Shown here in pieces: positions 36,451-47,999 of a stretch of DNA of 64,000 nt (the first letter of the stretch is position 1; every line of letters begins with the position of its first letter). The position numbers and the translations under genes were made by a program. The stretch covers positions 82,336,001-82,400,000 of the forward strand of contig CM097886.1 of the NCBI GenBank assembly GCA_044892525.1, in the 5' to 3' direction. Under the pieces are notes generated by a model. It was given only the letters and a program-made list of their open reading frames with translations. It made no database searches and was not told the DNA's origin. The DNA is from Schmidtea polychroa. Lineage: Eukaryota.

Positions 36451-36834
36451 TATAGTGAAAAAGATGTACGAATGGCGATTTTCATTAATAAAATCTTTAC
36501 CGTGTTTATTTAAGTATTTATATATATATATATGTGTAATATTTTTCAATTGAAAATATTTATGTTCTTTAATGAATTAAGTAACACATTAGTTCTCTTC
36601 ATCTGCATTGGATATGCCAGCTGCTCCATTCGATCATAAGTTGAATTAGAAATGAAACATCTGCACGCGAACAATAACCATAAAAATAACATTGGACAAT
36701 TCAAAATTAGTCAAATTTTTTTGCAGTTTAATAAGCCAACACAATTTTTTATTTCAAAATTAATATTTATAACTATTTATTTATAAGCAAACAAGCAATA
36801 ATAAATAGCAACTTCTAAACTCAAAATTAAATAT

Positions 36835-36973
36835 TTAATTTTTTACACTTCTATTTCGATTATATTTTGAATTCGCGGTGTTAGGTAACCAATAAAAATA
36901 TTGGCAACGAACCTTTTGGTTACATGTATAAAATTGACGTCCTTTGTTTTGAGTATCCTTCATAGTAGTATGT
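36835..36973 (-). CDS. TOP3A: Terminal exon encoding the C-terminal half of a GRF zinc finger, probably the last TOP3A exon
   Basis: TTAG acceptor then a|HTTMKDTQNKGRQFYTCNQKVRCQYFYWLPN...* ; same strand and downstream of TOP3A exon 8. Confidence 0.65.
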
Positions 36974-37479
36974 CTAACATAATGATAATAAAAATTAATA
37001 ATTGTCTCATATTATAGGAGGTTATTAATCAAAAAATATATTCGAAATTGAAAAAAATTTAATTCATTCATATTGATGTAAATATCGATTTTACTCCATG
37101 GAATGATGCATAATTACCACAGGGTTCCGCGGGATAATGAGATCTGACACTAGATATTGAAAATTTTAAAATTTCTCCTACGGAATTTTTCGAATGTAAT
37201 TCAAAATTTTAGTCCATTTGTCAAATAAATTGTAACGTACGTTATTAATTTCAGTAAATTTCATATAAAAATCTCGAAAGATTGGCCTTAATAAACTAAT
37301 TGTTGTTAGAACAATTGAGATTAGGAGATAAATCAGCTTATCGGTAATTAATAGGATTTGTCGATATTTATCAATTAATCTATTTATTACTTAATCTATT
37401 TTCAATTCAATAAACTCATCGAAACTGGTTAATAAATTTAATACTGAATTTATATTTATTCCTCGTTTTTATTAAGTTA

Positions 37480-38010
37480 TTTTCGAATTTTGTTTAATCC
37501 GACTTCATTTCTGTTTGACTTATTCGAAAAGCTTAACATATTCAATAAAAGCCTTCAAGCACCTAATGAGAATACTGTGACAGCAAAAGTAAGACTCTGC
37601 GTTGAAGAAGAAACTTGCTTTTTGGAAAAACAAATTGTTGATCAATAACTTTGAACCATTCTCAATGACTGACAAACTCGACAACAAATATTAAATTATT
37701 GAGGATATCAAAGGATTATCGACACTAGAATAACCGCTGATTAATTTAAAAGAGGATTCGATATACAAAACTAGGTTTTTCCAAGTTGAGCTTTCTGAAT
37801 TTGGGATCTCATTGAAAAATCAGTATTAATAATTGAACTTAGAAGCTGTTTGCAACATCATATTAAATTAGGATTCTCAACACTGGCCGAAATTAAATCT
37901 AAGAAGCGCGAACGATTACTGATGGTTGACCAAGAAATAAGAGTTTGCTTGTCGCAAATTGAGCCTCGAATTTAAAAAATTTGCTATGAAAATCAGTGCC
38001 ATTCCTCACA
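37480..38010 (+). pseudogene. Buster/Charlie-type hAT transposase fragment
   Basis: DLFEKLNIFNKSLQ and C-terminal EIRVCLSQIEPRI..Q.H.S. Confidence 0.6.
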
Positions 38011-38419
38011 AATATTTTTAAAATAAAATTATTCCCAAATTTAAAAATATATTCCCTTGTTTTTAGATTTTGAACCACAAAAATCGATTTTTTTCCCTTG
38101 GAAAAGTGAAAAATTCTAACATCTAATATTTAAAAAAAATCAGAAATTCACAAAAATTAAAATCAAAAAAAATATGATCAAAACAACAAAAATGATAAAG
38201 TTTTGTATTTTCGATTTTTAATTTTAGTAAACACAAAACTAGAATTAATTTCGAGTATAGCACTTTTTGCACCATAAATTGTTTTAAGCTGAAAATAACT
38301 TGTGCAAAGCAAAAATTCTATGAAACCATAAAAGCTAGAGAAAATATCAACCTATTAAAACAGATTAAGATTTGAAATATCTCCAAATACTGAATAAAAA
38401 TGTTCTTAAGAGACCCAAT

Positions 38420-39373
38420 GAAGACAGTATGTTCGATTCTATTGAAAAAAGAGACGATAATGGTTTGCGAGCGTCTTACTTATAGCAAAATCAGTAAAGC
38501 TGCGTGATATTAGAGATCTAATTTTGACAGCAATTGGTGATGTTTTAAAAACCATGTTACATATAGCTTTTAATGCCCTAAATTGATTTCTTAGAGCAAA
38601 ACACAGTTCAGAGACGAAAATAAGTTAAGATGCCAAAAGCTTCTTTCCTCAAATCGTTATAAACACAGTCAACAAAATTCAAAGCAACGCGTTGAAAACT
38701 AGGTTAACGTTGAGCTGCAGGGCGAAAGTCTTAATTTAATAAAAAATTCTATTATCGCAGCCTTTCTTGCAAAAATAAAATTAATGAAGCAAAACATTAG
38801 ATGCTGAGAATTTTTTCAATTTCTCAACTTGGCACAAAAAAGCAACAGCGATGACAACATTGCAGCCTATTCTAACTTTAAAACTAGGTTTGAAGATGTT
38901 TTGAGTATAAAAATACCTCAGTGGATTATAAATCCCTACAGTAACTCTGAAGAAACAAATATAAAGTTATAAGAAGAGCAAATAGGAATAAGCGTTCAAA
39001 AACGGATGCCAGAAATTCTGGGTTCAAAAAGATATACCTGAAACAAATATTTTTTACATTATGAAAAGTGTTTCAGTGTAATTGCAAATTTCTTTACAAA
39101 AAAAGAGACATGTTGGAAATTACAATCAAAGGAAATTTAAGGTTGAATTTGACTAAATTGAAGCCAAATATTAAAACTTTGCTACCAAAGCCTTTATCGA
39201 TCTCATTAAAAGAATTAAATTTTCAGTGTATTTATTTTTATGGAAATGATTATCGATTTTCATTTTATGTCGTTTTAATTGATGTATAACTATAAAAATA
39301 CACATATTTTTTCAATTTACATTTTCTATTTTAGGAAAGTAGGAGGTTTACTAAAAATGTTTGGGAACCTCTG
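38420..39373 (+). mobile_element. Internally deleted Buster/SCAND3-like hAT element with right TIR
   Basis: GLRASY, NTVQRR, ELQGESLNLIK..I.AFLAK, FKNGCQKFWVQKDIP; ends GTTTGGGAACCTCTG followed by GTCTAAAC (nnnTAnnn). Confidence 0.7.
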
Positions 39374-41349
39374 GTCTAAACCAACCCATAACCTCTTTAA
39401 AAGCTTTGTTATATAGATTTAAAAAAATATGAAATTATAATTTCGACACTAGCGATCCACCTTTTTATAAGTAGCAGAGGAACAAAGGTAATTGTAATTA
39501 AAACCTGTTTATTAAAATTGCAATTTAGAACTTATTTAAAAATTAGGGGAAAGATTATAATACCGAAAATTGGGAAAATTTAGGGGAAAACGTTAAATTT
39601 AAAGAAAAATACCTTTAGGTATTCAGAAATCGATAGAAATATTGATCGAAGTAACAGTACGGGGAAACTTACTACAAGCAAATAAAGAATATATTTGTGA
39701 ATGAAGATTTTTTAGAATTGCTTTAAAATTCTTTATAAATCTAACCTTTTTGAAAATAAATCATAAATGACTTGAAATCCATAATCGATAATTTTAATCA
39801 AAATATAATTAACATAAAAAAAATTTTAATACGTGAATTAATTGAAAATTATAACTTTTAATTTTTCAATAATATAAATAAAACTTACCTAAATCTAAGG
39901 CCATAAATAATAGCTATTTGTATAAAATTTTGTATAAGAAATAATTACACACCTTTTTTTAAGTACGAACAATTTTAGAGAGAAATATAGACAAAAACAC
40001 TGAATAAAAACCATACACACAGACAAACAAAAATTATGGAAACACATTCGTTTATTAAGGGAGATTTTAATTATAAAAATTCCCAATTTGAGAATATTTT
40101 AGGCGTTTTATCACATTTGCATCTCGATGAATATGAGAGTAGCAAAGACGGATTGTGTAAATTATAATTTGTTTATTAAAATTCCATTTTTAATAAAAAT
40201 ATAGGAAAGCATCGAAAAACGTAATTTATCACTGAAATATTATTAAATTTAAAACTAACTATTTTTTAGTTAATCAGAAAATGATTAAAAAATCAATTGA
40301 TGTCACAAAAGGATATAAAATTGCTACTTAATTTTTATTTTATTTAAACAAGTTATACAATAATAATTGTAATCGAATTGTATTAAACTAAAAATATTTT
40401 AATAAAATTTTCCTTTTTTCAAAATAAATATAAATAAATAAGTTATTTAAAAATAAAAAAAATAAAAAAATAAAAAAGTTATTTAAAAAAAACGGACAAA
40501 ATTATCATTCTCTCATACAATCTTTTTAAATTAAAATTAACATAAAGTTAAATTTAAATTAAAAAAATTGTTCATACAAAAAAGGGATTTTGAATGTACT
40601 TAAATAATTTAACGTTGTATATTTATTTTTTGGGATGATGTTAATGTTTTTAAAAAACATTTTTTGCATGTAAACAATTTTTAAATTAAATATTCCTGTT
40701 TTCATTTAACGGATATTAGGAAATATTATAACTACACTAAATAGTATGACTAAAAAATATGTTTGTGGCTATACTATCTATTAGTATGACTACCCAAATA
40801 ATATGACCATCTTCAAATAAATATATTCACAAAATAATTATACTTCATAAGAGGAATATGCAATGTTATATACAGTCCTTAGTACTTAAGTAAACTTTTG
40901 GGAGTATATCTATCGGCTATCGATATACATGGTAAACAGAGGACAAGGAGAGATTGATCTCGATCGTGCAGTAGAGCAGATTTGTGGTAGAAGGTGATGA
41001 GTGCGAAGAACAAATAAGACTTTAACTGAGGTAATGTAAAAGAATTAACCCAATAAATTTTAATAAATTAATGGTTTTTTATATACTTTACGACAGGTCT
41101 TGAATAGTATCATTTTTTCACAAGAAATACAAAATTATTCATTATAAAGCAATTTATACATTAATATATATTACAAAAATTTTTAGCCATACTTATGAAG
41201 AAACAGAAGTGATTGACTATATTGAACGAAGTAACTCGAGTTATAAGGTAGGAAAACACTTTAGTGAGCGTATTAGATGCCAATATAATCATTCTATGTT
41301 CCAGCAATGATACTTGAAGAAACAACAAATATAAGCTCAATCATCATCG

Positions 41350-42060
41350 ATGCTAAGAGTTTCCGGTGGTGGAAGGAAGTCATTTTTAGGGGCCCTTGAG
41401 GAAATATTGGTAGATGAGATAATCGAGTTAAGAATAATGAAGATTAAACTCACGAGAACGTATATTAGTGAGAGAGCATCTACTTTGGCACAAGAAAATA
41501 ACATCGTTATGCAAGCCACTGGCAATTGGGTGACTGGATTTATGCAGAGACATGGTCTCAGTCTTAGGTGGACAATAAATTTCACAACATTATCAGATGA
41601 AGAGCTAATTTTGCGTGCTGTAAATTACATGTCCTATCTGCAAGATACCATTCCAAACATAAACCTGTCAAAAACCCTTATGATGGATGAAACAGCAGTC
41701 TTTTCACAAGCTGTTGATAAACATGGTAGAAGGCATGTTGTAATGAAGTCAACAGGATTTACCTCAATGAGAATAACTGAAGCACTTTCAGTATGGGCAA
41801 ACGGAAATAAAGCAAAACCGCTTATTATTCATAGAGACTCAGATTGGCAATGTATTAAAAAAGAGATGAATGTGATGTATATTAAACAGAATAAAGCCTT
41901 GATTTTAGCATGGATCGACCAAATGTTTCATCTCTTCGACATAGCGCCTGGTAGGTGCATAATTTAGGATTCTTGTAGAGCCCATATATCAGAGAAAGTA
42001 AAGAATCATTGCAGGAAAGGAGTTATTTTGCAAGTTATTATATCCGGTGGACTGACTCCT
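41350..42060 (+). pseudogene. pogo (POGK-like) transposase remnant
   Basis: GGGRKS, NWVTGFMQRHGLSLR, MMDETAVF, *DSCRAHI. Confidence 0.8.
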
Positions 42061-42509
42061 TCAAGCGTGAGACATAGGTATCTATCGTTAATTCAAGGAT
42101 AAAATTTCTAATTTGATCAATTAGTGGAAGCAATCTGACAGCTTTCAATATAGACGAAGCGGAAATCCAAGGGCTTCAAGCCATAATTTAGTTAATTCAT
42201 GGGTCAATGAAGCTTGGAATATGGTTAATCAGGATTCCATTTTAAATTCGAAGAATGGCACATTACTAAGCATGATATATAAGGCAATCTTTTTCGTGAG
42301 CCCTACTTAGCGCCACACTCAAGTGCTGTGAATCAAAATTTAAATGATAATTAGATTGATTCGGATATTTACGATGTTTTTGGTGCTTAAGAAATATATG
42401 GCTCGATCTAATATTTTTATTACTTTAAATTTACCGTATTTTAAAAATAACCAAAAATTAATAACTAAACTTAAATTTAACCATATAAAAAAATTAAAGT
42501 ACTCAATAC

Positions 42510-43448
42510 TAGGGATTGTATACCGGTAAATTCGGTAAATAAAAAATCTTTGTTAGAAATTTTTATGTCTAAAATATAGTATTTATAAATACCTAAAAGG
42601 TCTAAAGGGACAAAGTTAGAGTAAATATTTTAAATTCCCAGTTGGAATCTGGTGTTTTATTACATGTTATAGCATGAAAGAGGAAAAAAGTTTGAAAGGA
42701 AGATAAATTCAAAAGGGATACTTTTATTTATTACTCTCATCTGTTGCGGACGTGACTAAATGAATAGAATATCGCTAAGTTCCCATAAAATTGCCCGCCA
42801 AATTATCTAAAAATGCAACCAATTGAAAGTTTAGAGTCAGATAATAAAAATATTAACACTTCAACAGTTAATGTAGAAATGCCTATGAAGCAGAAATTAT
42901 ACGATCTGATAAAACAAAAAACAGAATGCGTGGAAAGATCAGTTCCACAACAAAAAAACAAAAAAAATTGGCAATATATTGTGAAAAAAGAATTGGAATA
43001 CTTCCGCCAAGAGAAAGAACAAGGAAAGTATATTCAAATGATATATGATTATTTGATGACAATTCATCCAAGTGTTGATTCAGAAAGGGTATTCTTGGAT
43101 TCTAGGTTATTTTGTACAAAAATAAGAACAAAATTAGGGGATAGCACTTTAAATAATTAAAGTTTTTTGAGGGGCTATTTTTTAAAAAATAAATAGAAAA
43201 CTATTAGTTAATAAAGCTATTTCTGTGTCATTATTATTTGTTTTTAAAATATTGTTATAGTTTGTTTAGATTTATAATCTTTATATTTTTCATATTTTAT
43301 ATTTTTGAAATAAAAATCGTGAAATGGAAATTTAAACTTTTTTTGTCAATTTTATTTTATTTTTTAGAAATAAAAAATTTCCCGGTAATTTTATTTTCAT
43401 TTACCGATTTACCACTAAATAAAAAAATCGGTAAATTTACAATCCCTA
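42510..43448 (+). mobile_element. hAT deletion derivative with dimerisation domain
   Basis: 11-bp TIR TAGGGATTGTA; 6/8 TSD CTCAATAC/CTGAATAT; SVDSERVF..RLFCTKIRTKLGDSTL. Confidence 0.8.
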
Positions 43449-44141
43449 CTGAATATGACCAAGTATTTTTTTCATATAGTCATACTATTTAATAGTACTA
43501 TTTTCTAATATCCGCTAGTTATTAATATTAGGATTTCTAGCCTGAAGAAGAATGTTAAACGGTCGACATATGTAGCGATATGTTATACAATATATTTAGT
43601 TAGCGTTTTTCAATTATTAAAACTTTGCTTTCTTTCTTTGATTATTTATTATAATAATAATTGAAAAAATAAATGATATACAGTAATCTCGCTTTGACTT
43701 TCGCATCTTCGTTTTACCAAGATTTTATTTAAAGGAAGGAGTTAACCTTATATCTGAGCGTATCTCGCAAGTCATGAGAACTATTAAAGAAGTGTACATT
43801 ACCGTTTCAGAATGCTTAAGGTGGTTTAGAAAAAAATCCTACAAAAGTCTCTTCACGCATATAAAAAGAAAGCATTACAATTGTCTATTACGATGTTACC
43901 AGTACATTTAAAGGGGGAGACGACAAAGACGGGCCTGATGAAGATACTGTCATGTAATAATGGGTAATATACTAGTGTAATTGGTTAATACTGACTACTC
44001 ACGTCTACACACAGAGTTTTGGAGTTTATTTATTGTTTCGATTTATGATTTGCGTTTCAATTGATTTTTTGTGGTTTAAAATAAAGGTTTCTGGAATTCA
44101 TGTGGAATTTTATGATCATTTAAAAATTTTCGATTTCTATT

Positions 44142-44230
44142 ATGAATCAAAGTGAATTTAATGAACGTGTTAAATGGTTTAATTCAAAGAATGGATACGG
44201 ATTAATTAGTGTTGACAATGATAGTAATTA
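44142..44230 (+). pseudogene. Cold-shock-domain N-terminal fragment (Y-box/Lin28-like)
   Basis: RVKWFNSKNGYGLI matches the CSD beta1-RNP1 motif. Confidence 0.65.
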
Positions 44231-44272
44231 TTTGGTCATTTTAAATCTATCACACTCGATAATGCAATTTCA

Positions 44273-44600
44273 ATGACTGATGGAAAAGTTCTTTTCGATA
44301 TTCCCAAAGCTGACAGAAGATCCATGACTCGAATTATGTTGCAGACATTTATTGCGCCAATGATATATGTTGCAATTCAAGTAAATCTTTCCTTGTATGT
44401 TTCAGATATCGTTCTGAACTCTAGTTATCCTATATATCCTACTATGTCAATCGAATGGTTCGACAATGTATTCTGATGTTGCTGATCGTATTAATAAATA
44501 TATACATGGGTTCCATTATCAATGACAATTAAACAATAATGGTGATTAGAGCGGTTTTATTTCATGTTCAGAATGTAATACCCTTATTTAAAGTGTCGTA
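44273..44600 (+). pseudogene. Actin pseudogene fragment with large internal deletions
   Basis: PKADRRSMTRIMLQTF.APMIYVAIQVNLSLY (~[32 protein letters not shown]); then ADRINK (~ADRMQK) and VPLSMTIK (~APSTMKIK). Confidence 0.75.
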
Positions 44601-45519
44601 AATAGGTTTTCTATGCTCTGACTACGCAAATATTCATTTTATTAACAAAGAATCGTATTTCGTGGAAATTCACTTATCGCAGTTTTTTTGGACTGGTAAA
44701 GGGGAAATATTACATAATCATCGATTAAAACCAAATTAGGGAATATTGCAAAAATAGGCTTAACTCATTCTATCCAAACATCATAAAAATCGAGGAATTT
44801 CTATTAATTTCTGGAGTCCATGTTGTCATCAGTTTCTTGAATCAAGAATTTGCGAAAATCAATTATTGGTATGAAGATAATCAATAATGCAGGAATTACA
44901 ATTAAAACAATGTTAATATTAATAACTTTGATAAATATTTGGATGAATAGAATAAGGAACGATTTCAATCGTGTCTTTTATTAAATATTTGATAATAATA
45001 ATGAAGATTAAAAATAAACGAAAATTTTATTTCAGTTAAAAAACACTTTTTTAAATTTAAATTTTCGCTTTTAAAATTATTTAACATTTTAATTATTTCT
45101 TTTAATTGCAATTAGAATTTCTTTTATGAGTTTAGATATTTTCGGAAGTTTTTAAAATTTCGAATTTTTTAATAAAAAAATAATTTGATAATAATAAACT
45201 TACATTTTCGCTGGTTTTCCACAAAAGCAATTTGTTACTTTAACATCTTCATTTCTATTTTTAAATTAGATGATTAAAAAAAATTCCTATTACTTTGGTG
45301 GTTTTTTTGCGCCGTCAGTGTCATTTTCGATTAATAAAAAATAATCACACATTTGATTCTTGCATTTGTATATTAACTTGCCTAAAATTATATGAAAGTT
45401 GTGTAAGGGGAATTTTCAGAAAGAGTGAAAAATCGATTATGTTTTATCTATTGGATAATTATATATACACTTTATTATAATTATATTATACACTTTTTAT
45501 TTAATTCATTGTACAGAAT

Positions 45520-45800
45520 TAGTATTTTATTAGTGTTCCTGAGTTTTCAGTACCTCGACAAACCTCTTAGTCATCGAATTAATTAATGTATTTACACTTT
45601 TTATTTCAATCTTTTCTCAAGCATCCAGTATCTCATTAACTCAGATATATTTTTATACTGTTTTCCTTGACTATGATAATTGAGACCATAAATTTTCTAT
45701 TGGATGCAAGTCAGTGGATCTTGCTGGACACCCTAACACTTTTAATCCATCTTCACTGAGCTTATTTAGTGTCAATTGTTTTCTGACTAATATCCGAGGT
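45520..45800 (-). pseudogene. Tc1/Tc3-type transposase C-terminal fragment
   Basis: KVLGCPARSTDLHPIENLWS (~WPSxSPDLNPIENLW) and LINSMTKR. Confidence 0.75.
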
Positions 45801-45822
45801 ATCTGATTGGTTAGGGTTAAAT

Positions 45823-46072
45823 CAGTGGTGGCTAACCCAAATCAGTCGAAGGGCCAAATTTTCGGAAAAATACTATCACGGGCCACAATAAATTCATTTA
45901 AATAAATTAAAACTCGTTTTTACGATTCAAGTAAACTTAGAATCAATTTTTTAAATTAAAAACATGCTTAATTCGAATATGAATTCTAAAAAAGACAATT
46001 ATTGATTTGATGTTTAAAATTGTGTCCGGGCCACATCAAAACGCTTCGCGGGCCACCGGTTGGCCATGGCTG
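45823..46072. mobile_element. hAT-type MITE
   Basis: TIRs CAGTGGTGGCTAACC / GGTTGGCCATGGCTG; perfect 8-bp TSD GGTTAAAT. Confidence 0.9.
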
Positions 46073-46129
46073 GGTTAAATGAAAAAATAATAATAAAAAA
46101 AAATAATAATAATAAATAAGAAGTGTTAA

Positions 46130-47031
46130 TAAATATTAGATAATAATATTATTAAATAGAAATAAATAATAAAAATAATAATATAAATAAATAATAATAA
46201 ATAATAGATAATAACATTAATAAATAAAAATAATAAATTTTAGATTATGGGACACATAGAATACATTAAATTAACAATTTAAAATTCAATATTCAAAAAT
46301 TTATTATTATTGACGATATTTTAAACGAGAAGATTATTTTATGCCAAAAATATGTTGAGCAAGAAAACATCAAACATTTCATTCTGTTATTTTAAATTAC
46401 AAATTCACATTATAATTGTCCTGACATTTATACTGTTAATATATTATTCACAACAATTATTGACATATAGTGCGTATTAAATGCTAAATTAATCAATATA
46501 CTATTTTTAAATAAGTTAATTAATTAAGTTAAATAAAATGGATAATTCAACTTGATGTTATAATAATAATAATAATAATAATAATAAATTAAATAAATAA
46601 TAATAAATAAAAATAATAATATTAATAATATTAATAAATAATAGATAATAATATTAATAAATAAAAATAATAAATAATAATAATTAATAATATTAATAAA
46701 TAATTATAAATAAAAATAATAAATTTTAGATTATGGGACACATAGAATACATTAAATTAACAATTTAAAATTCAATATTCAAAAATTTATTATTATTGAC
46801 GATATTTTAAACGAGAAGATTATTTTATGCCAAAAATATGTTGAGCAAGAAAACATCAAACATTTCATTCTGTTATTTTAAATTACAAATTTACATTATA
46901 ATTGTCCTGACATTTAAACTGTTAATATATTATTCACAACAATTATTGACATATAGTGCGTATTAAATGCTAAATTAATCAATATACTATTTTTAAATTA
47001 GTTAATTAATTAAGTTAAATAAAACGGATAA
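46130..47031. repeat. Tandem duplication, period 486 bp, with AAT-rich spacers
   Basis: GATTATGGGACAC... core starts at 46243 and 46729 and is nearly identical; abuts an N-gap. Confidence 0.9.
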
Positions 47032-47164
47032 NNNNNNNNNNNNNNNNNNNNNNNNNNNNNNNNNNNNNNNNNNNNNNNNNNNNNNNNNNNNNNNNNNNNN
47101 NNNNNNNNNNNNNNNNNNNNNNNNNNNNNNNNNNNNNNNNNNNNNNNNNNNNNNNNNNNNNNNN

Positions 47165-47353
47165 TGAAATTACTAAATAATAATAATAAAAATAATAAAA
47201 ATAATAAATTAAATAAATAATAATAAATAAAAATAATAAATAATAATATTAATAAATAATGAAATTACAAAAAAATAATAATAATAATAAATTAAATAAA
47301 TAATAATAAATAAAAATAATATATAATAATATTAATAAATAATGAAATTACTA

Positions 47354-47393
<40 letters not shown>

Positions 47394-47687
47394 AATAATA
47401 AATAATAAAAATAATAATATTAATAAATAATAAAATTACTATATAATAATAATAATAAATTAAATAAATAATAATAAATAAGAATAATAAATAATAATAT
47501 TAATAAATAATAAAATTACTAAATAATAATAATAAAAATAATAAATTAAATAAATAATAATAAATAAAAATAATAAATAATAATATTAATAAATAATGAA
47601 ATTACAAAATAATAATAATAATAAATTAAATAAATAATAATAAATAAAAATAATATATAATAATATTAATAAATAATGAAATTACTA

Positions 47688-47742
<55 letters not shown>

Positions 47743-47995
47743 AATAATAAATAATAAAAATAATAATATTGATAAATAATAAAATTACTATATAATAATA
47801 ATAATAAATTAAATAAATAATAATAAATAAGAATAATAAATAATAATATTAATAAATAATAAAATTACTAAATAATAATAATAAAAATAATAAAAATAAT
47901 AAATTAAATAAATAATAATAAATAAAAATAATAAATAATAATATTAATAAATAATGAAATTACAAAATAATAATAATAATAAAAATAAATAAAAT
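47165..47995. repeat. Compound AAT-rich minisatellite with higher-order units
   Basis: Recurring GAAATTAC(T/A)AAATAATAAT...AATATTAATAAATAAT blocks; lies in the TOP3A intron after exon 8. Confidence 0.85.
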
Positions 47996-47999
47996 TTAC

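Larger units (their letters stand above)
35908..36482. repeat. About 135-bp inverted repeat pair (35908-36042 / 36346-36482), each arm with a hammerhead-like core
   Basis: The arms align as reverse complements with scattered mismatches. Confidence 0.9.
40731..43498 (+). mobile_element. Decayed pogo-family element (tentative ends) with a nested hAT
   Basis: Inverted termini sharing TAAATAGTATGACTA; internal CENP-B/DDE ORF remnants. Confidence 0.5.

Noticed and set aside
43925-43960. CTGATGAAG motif as a hammerhead
   Set aside because: No helix II and no GAAA follow it.
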